A DNA stretch of 64,000 nt. It comes from Phoronis australis (Eukaryota > Animalia > Phoronida). The position numbers and the translations under genes are program-made. The notes beneath the pieces were generated by a model. It did no database searches. It worked only from the letters and a program-made list of their open reading frames with translations, and was not told where the DNA came from. Below, piece after piece: positions 1 through 14,645 of this stretch. Position 1 is the stretch's first letter; the number at the start of each line of letters is the position of its first letter. The stretch spans positions 219,549 to 283,548 of the forward strand of contig NMRA01000516.1 in the NCBI GenBank assembly GCA_002633005.1. Reading direction: 5' to 3'.

Positions 1-801
1 GAGGTAGTCACACGGCGAGATGTAAGCAGTTTGGGTGCTCAGATCACCCTCCAGTGGGAGTGTCGCGGGACACTCGGGCAAGTTGGACAGTTCTTCCTCT
101 GTACGTGAGACGATAATGAGTACACACCAGTATGTAGCAACAGCGTGACATGTTGACTGACTCGTAAGCAAAAGCAAACAACTACCAAACTTATCACAAC
201 CGAGGTAGAACAATGACTGACTCGACTGCTCTCACAGTCAGACTATATGAAAAGAAATTGGCGCAAAATTCTTGTCTCCCAAAACGTCACTTCCGGAGTA
301 GACGACGAGTATTTAATTAAATTACAAAAAGCAGTAAATAAGTGAAAAACATGTCTGGGATAATCAATGAACCTTATTTTCGCTAAAAATGACATAAAAA
401 GTCCTGCTAGCCAGGGGGATATCCGGTTTCAACATTCCAAGCTGGCTACACTGAACCATTCAATATCAAAAATTTGTCGGAAACTTAGAAACTATCCATC
501 TAGGAATATAAAAGTTGAAAGATTCCTTGAACAGTTGTGCAGCAGTGCTTCGATAAATTTCTTAGCTAAAAATTGATCTATTTTCGTGTCTCAGCTTCTG
601 GACTGTAAATAGTAATAGCAACATTTCATAGCATTGGAAAACAACGGTGGAAATAGTGTTGACTTGCAGAACTTGAGGTGAGGACTGAAGCTGAAGGGCT
701 GTATCGCAAAAAGCAGATTTTATGCTACGACCAGCAGGGACAGAGTTGAGGAACCCTGCGAGCAGACGACTGTCTCAATAAAAAACAGATCCTGGATATT
801 A

Positions 802-3192
802 CCGTAAACGTTCGGGTTAACGCCCATGCTCAGTTAACCGCCCACCCCCTACTTTAGGTGGATTTTCGATTTAACCGCCCATTGCTCAGTTAAGCGCCCC
901 CCAGCGATTTTTGAAGATTTCCAGTTAAGCGCCCACCTCTCCGTTAAGCGCCCATCCCCGACATTTCAAAAATGAAGATTTAGCGCCCAGTGCTAAGGAA
1001 ACGTGCGATTCCCCGACTTTTAGAAAAAGATCGATGGTCACAATGAGCGCAACGACGCCAAGTCTCCCAGACGGTGGTTTAGCAATGTAAATTACAATAC
1101 AAGTAACGAGTTATTGTCTAGGGTCATGGACTCATTTCAAAATATAATACTTGAACGTTTTTGTCACTTTATTTTCTTCCCATATTTGCAAAGTTGAAGA
1201 ACGCCGCCGGCTTCAAAACCTCCGTTTTCAGTGACTTTGTCTGCCGCGCTGAGTTTCCGTCTGCAGTGCACTAGATAAATCATATATTCGAAAAAATAAG
1301 GCCACAGAAATGTGACAATGGTTTTGCCAACCCTCCAAATTCTATTAAGGTGGAAAGCTCTTGTACTTTGAGCAAATCTCACAACTCACGGAAAGATGTC
1401 AAATTCTCAATATTTTGATGAATGTAACTTCCGTGGTTTGTGGCGACCGAAGAGACAGTACAAGTGTTTTAATGGGTTACCGATTTTGTTGCTGCCTATC
1501 GATTTCTGAAATCAAAGGTTGGCAATAATGTATGTATATGATCTTGAGGTAATAAAAAACTGCTAGTCAAATTTTGTTTTTTGCTTATTGCATCTCAGTC
1601 AAACTGGCATTAGCAGATTTAACTAATGTCGCTGGCTGTTCTTTACTATTTCTTGCGTCTGAGCCCCCACGTATAAGCATGACTGTGTGAATTCAGTTAT
1701 CGTTTCCACATCCCCTTTTTCGCCATGCAGAATAATTTTGTTTATACATTGGCCAGTTTCAGCCTGAACAAAAATTCTTACCATTAGAGTCTGAAATATC
1801 CATGACGTAGACTGACAGAAAATTGGCGATAGTGGGTAGGAGATGCACGCAGCTACCTACGGGCATGGGCTTAGGGAGCATCGAGCCGGGAAATATCGGA
1901 AAAGACTTGACATCGCAGTTTTGGAGAACATTGGCAACGGAGGAATATCATAAAGAACTGGGTCTTTCGTAACAACAGCTTAAAAGTACATAGTCACGCC
2001 CGTTTTTTGTTACTTAGGGCTATTCTCTTTTAATGTGTGACTTAGTAGTCATTTTGGTGCACGTGCGCAAGTTCCCACAGTTTGCAGTGCATGTTACCTT
2101 GACACCAACATGTGATTGACAGGTGACTCACACGTAGGCACATATATTGAAAGAGGCCGTTATATTACTTGACGGCATTTCCAAGTCACGATTATCAGCC
2201 GACTGAGACATTGCGCACTAACAGCGGGACCGAACAGTGCCACAGTGCGATATTGCAAGTGACATAAATAGCATAATCTGGACATCTTGCATGAAAAATA
2301 AATGTTTTTCCACCACGAAGTTTGGTAAGGTGATCGTTTAAGAATGAATTGAAACATCGCTGTTTTGTGGTGTTTTATCACATATTTATGTCTTGGCTCG
2401 AAATTTTATTCTTGATTGACGAGTGGCTCACAGCCGCTTAACCCCGATTCTTGTCTTAGGCCTAGTTCTTTGCCGAGCATGTTTGGCGCAACGGCAAGTG
2501 AGAAATGCCGGGCGGTCGAGATAAAACAGCTAGCCGCAGAACTATACGCTGAAAATGCCATTGAATCACGGCGTTTCGACTATAAACATCCTAAACAGAA
2601 AAAACATCTGAATTAAGTTTTTCAAACTTTTCTTACAACTAATTTTAAAACTGCTCTCAGACTATGAACTTGGCAGCTCAGTACGAGAATGTAACCATAA
2701 ATTTGATGTCTGCTGTGACCTCTGCAACACGTGAATCTTGCACGCGCGCACTTTAACAAGTTCACATCTTGAAATAGTTGCAATCCAAGTTGAGGCTGCG
2801 TGGTCACTGGTCGTCTGCTCTCTTGAGGGCAAAGTAACAAGACCGCAGGACTACACGAGGCCATTACTCAGCAATTCTGTAAATTTAATAGTGAATAACT
2901 AATCTGAGGGCAACAGAATCTTTGTTGGGATCATCCGCTGTTACGACATTTTTCCCGTCATGTGGCGACCTGAAAATATCGCTCTTTGAAAAGTGCTACG
3001 CGTTCCGAGTACGAGGTAAGATTAACCGCCCGGGGCGGTTGCCTGTCGTAATAAGCGCCCATGTTCAGTTAACCGCCCACCCTGGATTTCTTGAAATTTC
3101 ACGTTTAAGCGCCCATATCTGGTTTACCGCCCACCCCGATTTTTTGGGTTTGCCAATTTAACCGCCCAGGGCGTTAACCCGAACGTTTACGG
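802..3192. mobile_element. Non-autonomous TA-target (Tc1/mariner/pogo-type) TIR element
   Basis: Perfect 24-bp TIR CCGTAAACGTTCGGGTTAACGCCC with TA on both sides. Subterminal TTAA(C/G)CGCCCA repeats at both ends; no transposase ORF. Confidence 0.85.
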
Positions 3193-4076
3193 TAGGTTAT
3201 AATTTCGTGTAAAGACCTGAGCTCTTAGAGTAGATATACTGTATGCATACATAACAAAACATTTTTGTTGGATATGAATTAGATTTTTGACTGATTTTGT
3301 TGGCCGGGGACGCTTGACCTATTTGTGATGACCCAGATTGAAACTTCAGCAAGTGAGGCTCAAAATAGCCACCTCAGGTCACCATGCATCCGAATTTTCA
3401 TCGGCAAATCTTTTCTGTTTTTAGAGCAGTAAAACTGCTTTTTCTGGAATGATGACTTGGATTAATTAGGTAACCCAAATGAAGTAATCAATCAAATTTG
3501 GCATAGCACACAAGAATTTACTCCACCAGAAGACTGCTCACCAACTGTGAAATACAGCTTCTACTGCTATATATGGCCTCTTACTGTTGTATAGATTGGC
3601 TCTACTTTCCTGTATTTCACAGTCCATAATGTGACGTATACAACTTCCGTTTCTTACACATATGGGATAAAATGTAATAACTTTTTCATACGGAATAATA
3701 AATGTTCTTGAATTTTCAAGATTTTACCTTTCAACTCTCAAGTTCAGTCCAAAAAGAATACATACATATAATTCAACATTCTCTTAAAAACAATGTGAAC
3801 GTACATCTTGGAAAAAAATTCTGGCGTGGATTATCTAGAGGCAAGAACTTGGTGAAAGAATTCTAGGGTGGATTATCTAGAAGCAACAAGTTGGTGAAAA
3901 GATGAGGCAAGACCAAGTGAAGGATGAGTGTTTTGTGAGTATGCTTACAGGTGTAACCTAGCAAAATGGAGTCCACTAAACAGATTGGTTAATGAGATTG
4001 GGATTGTAACAGGAGCGCTTCTCTTATGCTTAACTGCATGTGATCTTTGGCTTGGTGTCAGTTACATTACTTCACG

Positions 4077-4244
4077 TCAGCTGTACATGGCAGCATACTG
4101 TATACTGCAGTCAGCTGTACATGGCAGCATACCGTATACTGCAGTCAGCTGTACATGGCAGCATACCGTATACTGCAGTCAGCTGTACATGGCAGCATAC
4201 TGTATACTGCAGTCAGCTGTACATGGCAGCATACTGTATACTGC
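4077..4244. repeat. 34-bp minisatellite, ~5 copies
   Basis: TCAGCTGTACATGGCAGCATAC(T/C)GTATACTGCAG. Confidence 0.95.
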
Positions 4245-5616
4245 GTGACGTATTTAAACATTATTTTGATACTCTTGTAACTGGATTGGCAAGTGGATTT
4301 GATGTTGCGTTCTAGCTTCATGAAGAGTTTCAGAAGTTTTTCAATATCTACCGACGTGGTTTTAACTTTCTCGTCAAAATTCATCTCTAGTCAGTCACAG
4401 GTATACTGTACAAAATGGCAAGAGATTAGTCGCTGACGGTATACGTTTTCAAACATCAAAGTTGTCCAGTTTCTACAATATTTGTAACTCTATCCGGCTT
4501 ATTCTCACTTTCGCGCCATGGACCAATCAGTCTTGTGAGTAACCCGTTGGCTGTAAGTAATTAGTTGTGGTTAATATAATTTGATTTGAATTCTTTCTTA
4601 TCTTTAATATGTCATATTTTTCAGGTTCACACACAGCGAGGTGGCCAAAAATCGTAACGCTGCAGAATTACACAACAGGATGTTGAATTATGAGGTTAAA
4701 GCCTAACTTCAACGGAATTTTGTTACTTTATTGCGCTAACTAGATAGTCCTAGCAAAGACTTAGTAAAATAAGAAAACGAGAGTTCAATCACGCAAGTGT
4801 AAGCCCGTCAAATGATAAGTGAGGCTGCCTTTTCATGCCATATTGCGTCACTGCGAGATCCACCATTGCGTGCGGGTGTTATTCGCAACTGTTTGACTTA
4901 AAAGATGATTTTCGCTGTGACGTAGACTAAAAGAAAGCTAACAAGCATAACAGTTTGTTGCATTTGGCAATTTATGGCACTAGTGGGCTAAAAGCGATGC
5001 TCTTAACATACTGTAGGAACCAAATTTATATTTAAGTTACAGCTTCTGTTCTGCAAGTATCAACTGAAGGCAGACAAGTCAAGCTCTAATATTTCAAGCA
5101 AATACACAAAATGAAAGGTACAAACTTCATTAATTGGCTTTTATCATCAGGGCAATGATTTGTTACATCATTTAAATTTAATTCATTGTAGATAAATTTC
5201 AGACAATTTGACTATAGGAAATAAAATCAGTTCCAGTTTGTGAAATCAAGGAATTTTACATAACTCAGAACTTGGTTTTCAATAATGTACAAGTTTGCCA
5301 CATTTTTCCACAAGAATATTATGAAACTGAGAAGAACTACATTCCAAACCACCAGCTGCCATGGCAACAGAACACCAGCAGCCCACCAGAACTGATCATT
5401 GATGACAAAACCACATGTCACTGAGGTGGTGTACAATTACTTGTCTGTAAATATGCAATGCAATGGTGTCTGGCTGAAGTAACAAACACTTCCACAAGAC
5501 ATTCACTGTGAGCTCCTGTAACAACCTTGTATGGGTCTGCATTACACACATGTGAAAACATCTGCTTTGGCGACTGTGAAACCAAACCACAGGCATTCCT
5601 ACTTTGAAAGTTTGAT

Positions 5617-5790
5617 GTCATGAGAATACTACTGTCATGAGAATACTACTCTCATGTGAATACTGCTGTCATGAGAATACTACTGTCATGAGAATACTAC
5701 TGTCACGAGAATACTACTCTCATGTGAATACTACTCTCATGTGAATACTACTGTCATGTGAATACTACTCTCATGTGAATACTACTGTCA
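5617..5790. repeat. 17-bp minisatellite, ~10 copies
   Basis: CATG(A/T)GAATACTACT(G/C)T. Confidence 0.95.
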
Positions 5791-7583
5791 AAGTGGACAA
5801 TAACTGGATAGCCATACTCTGGAAAAATCATGTGAAGACTGGTGAGGACGATGATTCAATGACACCAAAGATGATGATGATGACGGTGATGATGATGATG
5901 TCACCCATGACACCAACAAAGATATTTAGAATGAGTTCAAAGACGACACCTCTGATAACACTTGTACAGTGGCAAGGATGCTATTGGCAAAAATGGTGAC
6001 AATGGTCAAGTCAGGGACAATGGTCAAGTCAAGGAAATCATTTGGTGTTAACGCTATGAAAATGACTGCAACGGTGATGATGCAACCAACGACAACAAAA
6101 AATGCAAGAGAATGCCATCACCGCTAATGACATTGCAACCATCTTTGATCAAGATTAAACACAATGCCGACAATAACGCAATCAGCATTGAAAACAACAC
6201 CCCTTACGAAAGTGACATCAACTTTACCCTTTTACATTGTTGTGAATGTTTAAAACTTTTAATGTCTCCAGGTAGCTGTAGTACACAACTTGAACAGAGA
6301 AAAAAGGACAATAGTCACGCACAGGGGCTCAAGATGTTGAGAACCAGTTAGTGACGAAAACTGGTTCTCAAAATGCACGACCACTGTAAGTGACTATTGC
6401 CAAAAAGTATCAATTCTGTGAGGTACGGAAAAACAAGAAAACAATATTTCATTCCTCACTAGTATATGGTGACCAGAATTGACGAGACAAAGATAACATG
6501 TTGTTTTTCACTTGCACTTATACGTAACATTTAAGGTTATGTAGAAAAATTCCCAAATTTGGCTAAGTTCAGAACATCCTGTCTCAGAAATACATACTCA
6601 CTCACATGAAACCTTTAAATACTATACTTCATGCACTCTTTTCCAATACGCTGTTAGAATTGTTTTTAAAATGCATCATTTTTGCATGATGGACTATCAA
6701 AAATAGTACTTCATGATTATACGAAAGAATCAAAAGCTGTATAAAACAAAAAAACAAATTAACAATATAGAAAAGTGTAACAGCATCTTCGACATTTCAT
6801 CTTGAACACATTTATCAAATGGGTAAATTTTACCAGAGACATGGAAATGTAAACCAATTAATGACAGATTGTTAAAAAGTCAAAAACTAAATTATAAAGG
6901 CTTTCCACTTTCAGAAAACACGTACTTTTACAGAGTTAAAATCTATTGTTTTGCAGACATTTGGCCCCATACACAGGCCTGAGCATAAGGTCCTATATAA
7001 CCTTAATAAAATCCAAATTGTTCACATATCACAGTACCATAAACGTCAGAGTGAAACTCCTGTTATCAAGTTTGACATGTTTCTGTGACAGAATGTAATC
7101 CACAAACAGGTGGTCAAAACAATTAATATATGGAAAACCAGGACAGCAAGTAGTTTACAAATGTGAAGTTATAACATTGCACAAACCTGTACAAACAGAC
7201 CAGCCTGAAGCTAAGTTGAAACGAAAATGGGATTTCACACAGACATGCTAATACCACATGTTTAAAAATTCTGAGAATGACCTACATACCTCAGGCTAAT
7301 GTCAAATGCCAACAAACCTTTCATCACTCTACCGTAAAACAATGATATTTGGCCAGGACAAAATTAAGCCTATCACTAACATAGGAGAGAAACGATGGAT
7401 TAGAGGAACTGTTGGTAAATGGAAACCATTCATAGTTGAGTTTCATGATTGAGAACATTAGTGCTTTCTGTTAAAGAAAAACCAAGTTTATTGAAAATCC
7501 ATGGCAAATGAGTTGGGGCCAGCATAGGACAGGTACATGGCCGGTGACAGTTCATACCAAGGGAAGGATTGAATGATTTAGCA

Positions 7584-10500
7584 GATTTGGTCATGATCGG
7601 ATTCAAAATGGCGGACGTGGCGGCCATTTTGTATCCGATTTCACAGTCAAATGCTCGTAGAGGCCGCATTTTTCGACGTACATGGCTGAAAATAGGTACA
7701 ATTATACTAGAACGCATGTACAAGTCTGCAGAAAATCATTGACTTCCAGTCAAAGATGGCGGAAATATTGGAAGTGGCGCATGCGCACCCCGAAATGTGG
7801 CCAAAAACGTTTTCTCCTGTAGAGGGCGCATTTGCGAACCAATCACTTTCAAACTGGTCATGTCTTTGTTGAGTTTAATAAGCTTTTATAAAAATTTATT
7901 GAACTGGAAGTCGTTTTCAAGATGGCGGCTTGGGCGCATGTTCACACGGTTTCAATCGTTCTGATGTCGCATTTTTAACGGGAAGACCAAATGATGTGAA
8001 TTTTTGCATGTGGATTCCTTGAAGTATGCACTTTCAAAAGTTCTGCGATATCGGCTTTCTCAGACTTAAAGTTTTCGAGTTATTTGACTTTGAATTTCAA
8101 AAAAACGCAAAATTTCGATTTTTTCGAAAAAGTTATGGAATGTTGCAAAACTATCAAAGTAGGTAGAGTTTTGGATGGGCTTTCAGAAGATATTTTCCAT
8201 TTTTTGCTACGACGTCAACTTTTTGAATTATTCAAGATTTTCCAATAGCGCTGTTCCTACCCTGTCACATAGCGCCACCTATTTTGGATTGTGGGAAAAA
8301 AGCATGGCTCATCGATCATTACTTAGCGGAATTCACAGTCAAATGCTCGTAGAGGCCGCATTTTTCAACGTACAGGGCTAAAACATGATACGATTACTAT
8401 AGAACACCTGCTACAACTGTACCGAAAATCGTTGACATCTGGTCAAAGATGGCGGAAATATTGGAAGTGGCGCAAGCGCACCCCGATATCTGGCCAAAAA
8501 CATTTTCTCCTCAAGAGGGCGCATTTGCGAACCAATCAGTTTCAAACTGCTCACGTGTTTGTTGCTATTATTAAGCTTTTATAAAATTTTGTTTAACCGG
8601 AAGTCACGTTCACGATGGCGGCTGTGGCGTATGTTCACACATTTTCAATCGTTCTGTGGTCACGTTTTAACGGGAAGAGCACATGACGTGAATTTTTGCA
8701 TACGGATTCCTTGAAGTATGTTCTTTCAAAAGTTCTGTGATAGCGTTTTTCTCAGACTTACCGTTTTCGAGTTATTTGACTTTGAATTTCAAAGAAAACC
8801 GCAAAATTTCAATTTATTCGAAAAAGTTATGGAATGTTGCGAAACTATCAAAGTAGGTAGAGTTGATCGTCATGATTGTCGTCATCCTCCTCATCATCGT
8901 CTTTTCGATTAATTCCGCCAAGTGTACCTCCTCCGAGCGCTCTCGTTTTTTTGTTTGTTCGCACGATACAGGTAGCAATTTTCGTCACGAAATTTACACA
9001 CAACACGTAGTTCCGGAAGTACTGGAAGCCTATTGTTTTTCGTCATAATCGGATCCAAGATGGCAGATGTGGCGGCCATTTTGTTTTCGATTAAAGGTTC
9101 AAATGCTCCTGGGGGCTCCAATTTTTACGTAAAAGGCTAAGAATCGGCATAGTAAATGGACCGGAAGTGTGGTACAAGTATACCGGAAAACGTTTACTTC
9201 CGGTTAAAGATGGCGGAAATATCGGCGATCGCGCATGCACACCTCGACTTTGGCATAAAAACATTTTCTCCTGTAGAGGGCGCAATATAGGGCCAATTCC
9301 TTCGAATTTTTGCAGGTGTGAGTTTCTTATGACATGCTATTGTACAGAACCAATAAACCGGAAGTTGCTTTCAAGATGGCGGATCTGGCGCATGTTGACC
9401 CATTTTCAGTTGTGCTGGAGTGCGATTTTAAACGAGAAGAGAAAAAGACGTGATTTTTTGCATGTGGAGTCTTTGAGGTATACTCTTTCAAATGACCTGT
9501 AACAATTTTTTCTCAGACTTACCGTTTTCGAGTTATGACGTACAAGGCTGAAACTTGGTGCGATTATTATAGAACACATTCGCATAGTTTCGCCAAGTGT
9601 TGCTCCTCCGAGCGCTCTCGCACTGTTGCCAATTTACCCGGTGCGTGAACAAGACTGCAGGCTATTTCTTACTGATTTCTTCGCTAGTCACATGAATGTT
9701 GTCGTGTTGTTCATAATCTCCACCTTCATCGTCATCCCCATGTCTATGGTCCTGTTTTCGCGTAATTTCGGCACGTGTCGCACCTCCGAGCGCTCTCGTT
9801 TTTGTTTGTTCGCTCTCTACAGGTTGCAATTTTCGTCCGATCCTTGCGAAATTTGCACACGACGTGTGGAAGCTTATTGTTTTTGGTCTTGATCGGATTC
9901 AAAATGGCGGGCGGCGCGGCCATTTTTTTTCCGATTTCACATTCAAATGCTCATAGAGGCCGCATTTTTTGACATACAGAGCTGAAACTTGGTACGATTA
10001 TTATAGAACACATGTGGTACAACTGTGCCAAAAAACGTTGACTTCCGGTTAAAGATGGCGGAAATATTGACGATGGCGCATGCGCACCTCGATATTTGGC
10101 CAAAAAACATTTCTCCGGTAGAGGGCGCATTGGCGAACCAATCACTTTCAAACTGGTCACGTGTTTCTTTCAATTGATCAGCTTTTATAAAAATTTGTTT
10201 AACCGGAAGTCACGTTCAAGATGGCGGCTCTGGCAGATTTTCACCCATTTTCAATCATTCTGCAGTCGCCTTTTTAACAGGAAGAGCAAATGACGTGAAT
10301 TCTTGCATGTGGATTCCTTCAAGTATGCTCTTTCAAAAGTTCTGCGATAACGGTTTTCTCAAACTTACCGTTTCCGAGTTATTTGACTTTGAATTTCAAA
10401 AAAACGCAAAATTTCAATTTTTTTCGAAAAAATTATGGAATGTTGCGAAACGATCAATCTAGATAAAGTTTTGGACGAGCTTTCAGAAGATACTTTCCAT

Positions 10501-12767
10501 TTTTCGCTACGACGTCTAACTTCTTGAATTATTCGAGATTTTCTGATAGCGCTGTTCCTTTGTTGACAGCTCTTGCAGTATTGATGTTGGTTAGCTTCTA
10601 TTGAACTAGACTGTAGCCTATTTCTTATTGATTTATGACATCTAAGTTCGTCATATGAATGCTGTGATGTTGTTCATCATCACCACCACCATCGTCATCT
10701 TCGTCATCATCTCCGACGTCTTGTTTTCTTCAGTTAATTTTGCCAAGTGTCGCTCAAGACTGTAGCCTATTTGTTACTGATTTCTGACCTCTACATTCGT
10801 CATGTGTATGTTATAATTACTTGTATTGTTCATCATTGCCACCATCGTCGTCATATTCGTCGTCTTCGTCATCACCTTTATCGTCATCTTTTCGGTTAAC
10901 TTTTTTTTGTTCGCACTCCACAGGTCAGAATTTTCGTCCGATCCGCACGAAATTTGCACACAATGTGTAGATCAAAAAGTCCTGAAAGCCTATTGTTTTT
11001 GGTCATGATCAGATTCAAAATGCCGGACGGGGCGGCCATTTTGTTTCCGGTTTCAGATTCAAATGCTCATAGAGGCCGCAATTTTTGACGTACAAGGCTG
11101 AAACTTGGTGCGATTATTATAGAACACATTCGCATAATTTCCGCTCTTGCACTGTTGCCTGTTTACCGGGTGCGTGAACAAGACTGCAGGCTATTTCTTA
11201 CTGATCTGTTCGCTAGTCACATGAATGTTATCGTGTTGTTTATAATCTCTACCTTCGTTGTCATGATCGTCGTCGTCTTCCTCCCCATCATCCTGTTTTC
11301 GCCAAGTGTCGCTCCTCTGAGCGCTCTCGTTTTTTTTTGTTTGTTCGTACGATACAGGTCGCAATTTTCGTCCGATCATCATGAAATTTACACATAACAC
11401 GTAGTTCCGGAAGTACTGGAAGCCTATTGTTTTTCGTCATAATCGGATACAAGATAGCGGATGTGGCGGCCATTTCATTTTCATTTAAAGGTTCAAATGC
11501 TTCTGGAGGCTACAATTTTTTACGTACAAGGCTAAGAATCGGCACAGTAAATGGACCGGAAGTGTGCTACAAGTATATCGGTAATTGTTTACTTCTGGTT
11601 AAAGATAGCGGAAATATCTGTGATCGCGCATGTGCACCTCGATTTTGGCCTATAAACGTTTTCTCCTGTAGAAGGCGCATTATAAGACCAATTCCTTCGA
11701 ATTTTTACAGGTATTAGTTTCTTATGACATGCAATTATACAGAGCCAAGAAACTGGAAGCTGCTTTCAAGATGGCAGATCTGGCGCAATTTCACCCATTT
11801 TCAGTCGTGCTGGAGTGCGATTTTAAACGGGAAGAGATAAAGACGTGATTTTTGCATGTGGATTCTTTGAGGTATACTCTTTCAAATGACCTGTAACAAT
11901 TTTTTCTTCAGACGTACCGTTTTTGAGTTATTTGACTTTGAAATTCTTAAAAAAAAACGCAATTTCATTTTTTTCAAAAAATTTATGGAATTAAGCGATA
12001 TCATCAGTTTAGTTTTGAACGGGCTTTCAGAAGATGTTTTCCATTTTTTGCTAGGACGTCTACTTTTTGAATTATTCGAGATTTTCTGATAGCGCTGTTC
12101 CTTTGTTGAGCGCTCTTGCTGCATTGATGTTGGTTTAGTTTCTATTGGGCAAGAGTATAGCCTATTTCTTGCTGATTTATGACATCTAAGTGCTTCATAT
12201 GAGTTTTATGATGTTGTTCAGCATCATCACCATCGTCATCATATTCGTTATCTTCGTCATCATCTCCATCGTCGTCTTTTCAGTTAATTTCACCAAGTGT
12301 CGTTCAAGACTGTAGCCTGTATGTCTGGCCTCTACGTTCGTCTTGTGAATGTTATCATTACTTGAATTGTTCATCATCGCTGTAATATTCGTCCTCATCT
12401 CCGTCATCGTCTTTCAGTTAATTTCGCCAAGTGTCCTTCAAGACTGTAGCCTATACTTACTAATGTCTGGCCTCTACGTTCGTCATGTNTCTTGTGAATG
12501 TTATCATTACTTGAATTGTTCATCATCGCCACCATCGTCGTAATATTCGTCCTCATCTCCGTCATCGTCTTTCAGTTAATTTCGCGAAGTGTCCTTCAAG
12601 ACTGTAGCCTATACTTACTAATGTCTGGCCTCTACGTTCGTCATGTGAATGTTATCATTACTTGAATTGTTCATCATCGCCACCATCGTCGTCCTCTTCG
12701 TCGTCATCCCTATCGTCGTCTTTTCTGTTAATTTCGCCAAGTGTCGCTCCTCGGAGCGCTTTCATTT
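7584..12767 (-). mobile_element. Large tandem array of a DINE-1/HINE (Helentron-associated)-like element
   Basis: Reiterated ~0.6-0.7 kb modules (CAAAATGGCGG...GAAGATATTTTCC) alternate with (CAT/CGT)n-rich modules carrying TTTCGCCAAGTGTCGCTC. Ends in GGAGCGCTTTCATT. Confidence 0.7.
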
Positions 12768-12973
12768 AGAATTATGATTTGTCAATCAACAATTTCCTGC
12801 ACTGTCTTCTCAGATGGTAACCCTGAACAGAGCTTCAGGTTCGTGGGGGATTCCATCAGGGTGTCTTTGACAACTTCTGTAACGGCTTGTATGATTCTTG
12901 GTACTGAGTACTTACAGTGGCTGGGAAAGAACATATCATAAGCATTTATTTCTTCTTAACTCCAGTGCCTGAC

Positions 12974-13200
12974 CTATAACTCGAGCACCCGACTTAAATC
13001 TCAAGCACCCAACTTATAACTCTAGCACCCGACTTATAACCCAAGCGTCCAACTATTAACTTGAGTCCCGACTTACAGGTTGAGCACCTGGCTAATAACT
13101 CGAGCGCCCGACCCCGACTAAAAACTCGAGCGCCCAACTTATATAGGCTGAGCACCACCTATAATTTGAGTGTCAGACTTATAGGTTGAGTGCCCGACTA
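12974..13200. repeat. Degenerate ~20-bp minisatellite
   Basis: Variants of TTATAACTCGAGCACCCGAC. Confidence 0.85.
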
Positions 13201-14645
13201 TCCTCGCTGTGTTATAGGGAGGGCATGCATATACACATGAAAATCCATCCCAAAGCAACACCAGAAACAACTGTGTATCAGATAGAAAGTGATGAAAAAA
13301 TGCTGAGGTAATCAGTATGCTGCTGGGATACCTCCACTTGCACCTCCCCACCCCAAAAAATATGGTAGCCAGTTACCAAATTTCAGATTTTACAGCACAT
13401 GTTTTGCCAATTTATATGACTAACACTTAGCCAGCGAAATGAAAAGTGAGAAAGATAATTACATGAGCCTTGGGCAAGGCAGACACTATAAAGGTTTGTG
13501 CAATGCAGTGGTATTATATTCTGTACTTATGTTCTCTGATTAAGGTTAAGTAAGAACTTATTGACAGGACTAAGTATTGACCAGAAAATCTAGAAAATAC
13601 CAAATTTTAGCATAAGTTTATTTTCTGAAAGTAGAAAGGTTGTAGAATTTAATTTTAGACTTTTTACCAATATGTTATCATTTGCATCATGTGACAAACT
13701 ATTTTTATTAAAATTTAGCAAAAAAGAAAACATCAAGGTAAATTGATAGTTTTCTAAACTATCATTTTAAGCAACTTTAAAATTCTTCATGAAAATCCCC
13801 TAAGTGCTCTTTTTGATAACCCCTCAAGCAAAAGTGAAACATTACTAACAGGGATTTTGAGAACAGCGCATAAAGCATAACATCTGAAAGTTTCAAATGA
13901 GTCAGCCATTCCTGAGATACGATGTTTGCCAAAACTCAACATTTTTCTAGCGTAAGGGTTTTGATGATTTCCACCCACCCTCATTCTATCACCTGCTAAT
14001 GCTACATTGGCATACATCTTTTTAAGTTAAAGGCAAGAACCAGCTAAACACTCATACCCCCTATGTCACAGATTGGAGGACATTTTGGTCTTTACCCACA
14101 CCCTATGGTTCCCTAAAACTCAAACTTGTCAGTTAAATAGACTTTGAAAGGAGTTTCCAAACTTTCATTCAAACTTTTGAGGGTTGTCCAAGTTTACAGA
14201 GCATTATTTCGTTTTAGAGAACTGGACGGAAAAGTGGTTCTTAGTATCTGTTAATAGGAAAAAACCGGATTTGGTATCCTGTTAAAAAATATAATCACAA
14301 GTCCTGAATGCAAGGCAAGATTCATTTGTTTCAATTACCGCATTAACTCACAGGTTAACGTCTTTCTAACGATTATGCAGAAGAATTCAAACAAAAATCA
14401 TTGAATTTATGACATGCTAATCTGGTCTTATCAATAATTCAATGTAAACTCTTTAAAGGATCATTTTCTGACAATGCAAAATGACATTGGCAGCTTCCTT
14501 ATTAAAGTGTCGTTCACTTTTCTATTTGCTAATCCACAATACTTATTATACGGCCTGACACACAATCTGTGTGTCCTAAATACTTAGGGCACAGTTTTTG
14601 AAAATAGCAACACAGCTCAACAATAGCATCAATGGAGCCAGTTAA

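Noticed and set aside
3928-4384. Repetitive-peptide ORFs (also 36640-37004 and 61906-62430)
   Set aside because: Products of minisatellites or N runs.
6337-6372. Hairpin TTGAGAACCAGTT/AACTGGTTCTCAA as a terminator or ncRNA
   Set aside because: More simply a tiny MITE remnant; intrinsic terminators do not apply to this context.
7430-12941. Many 60-110 aa ORFs, including Met/Asp/Ile-rich ones
   Set aside because: Translations of HINE modules and (CAT/CGT)n tracts; frames are not conserved between copies.
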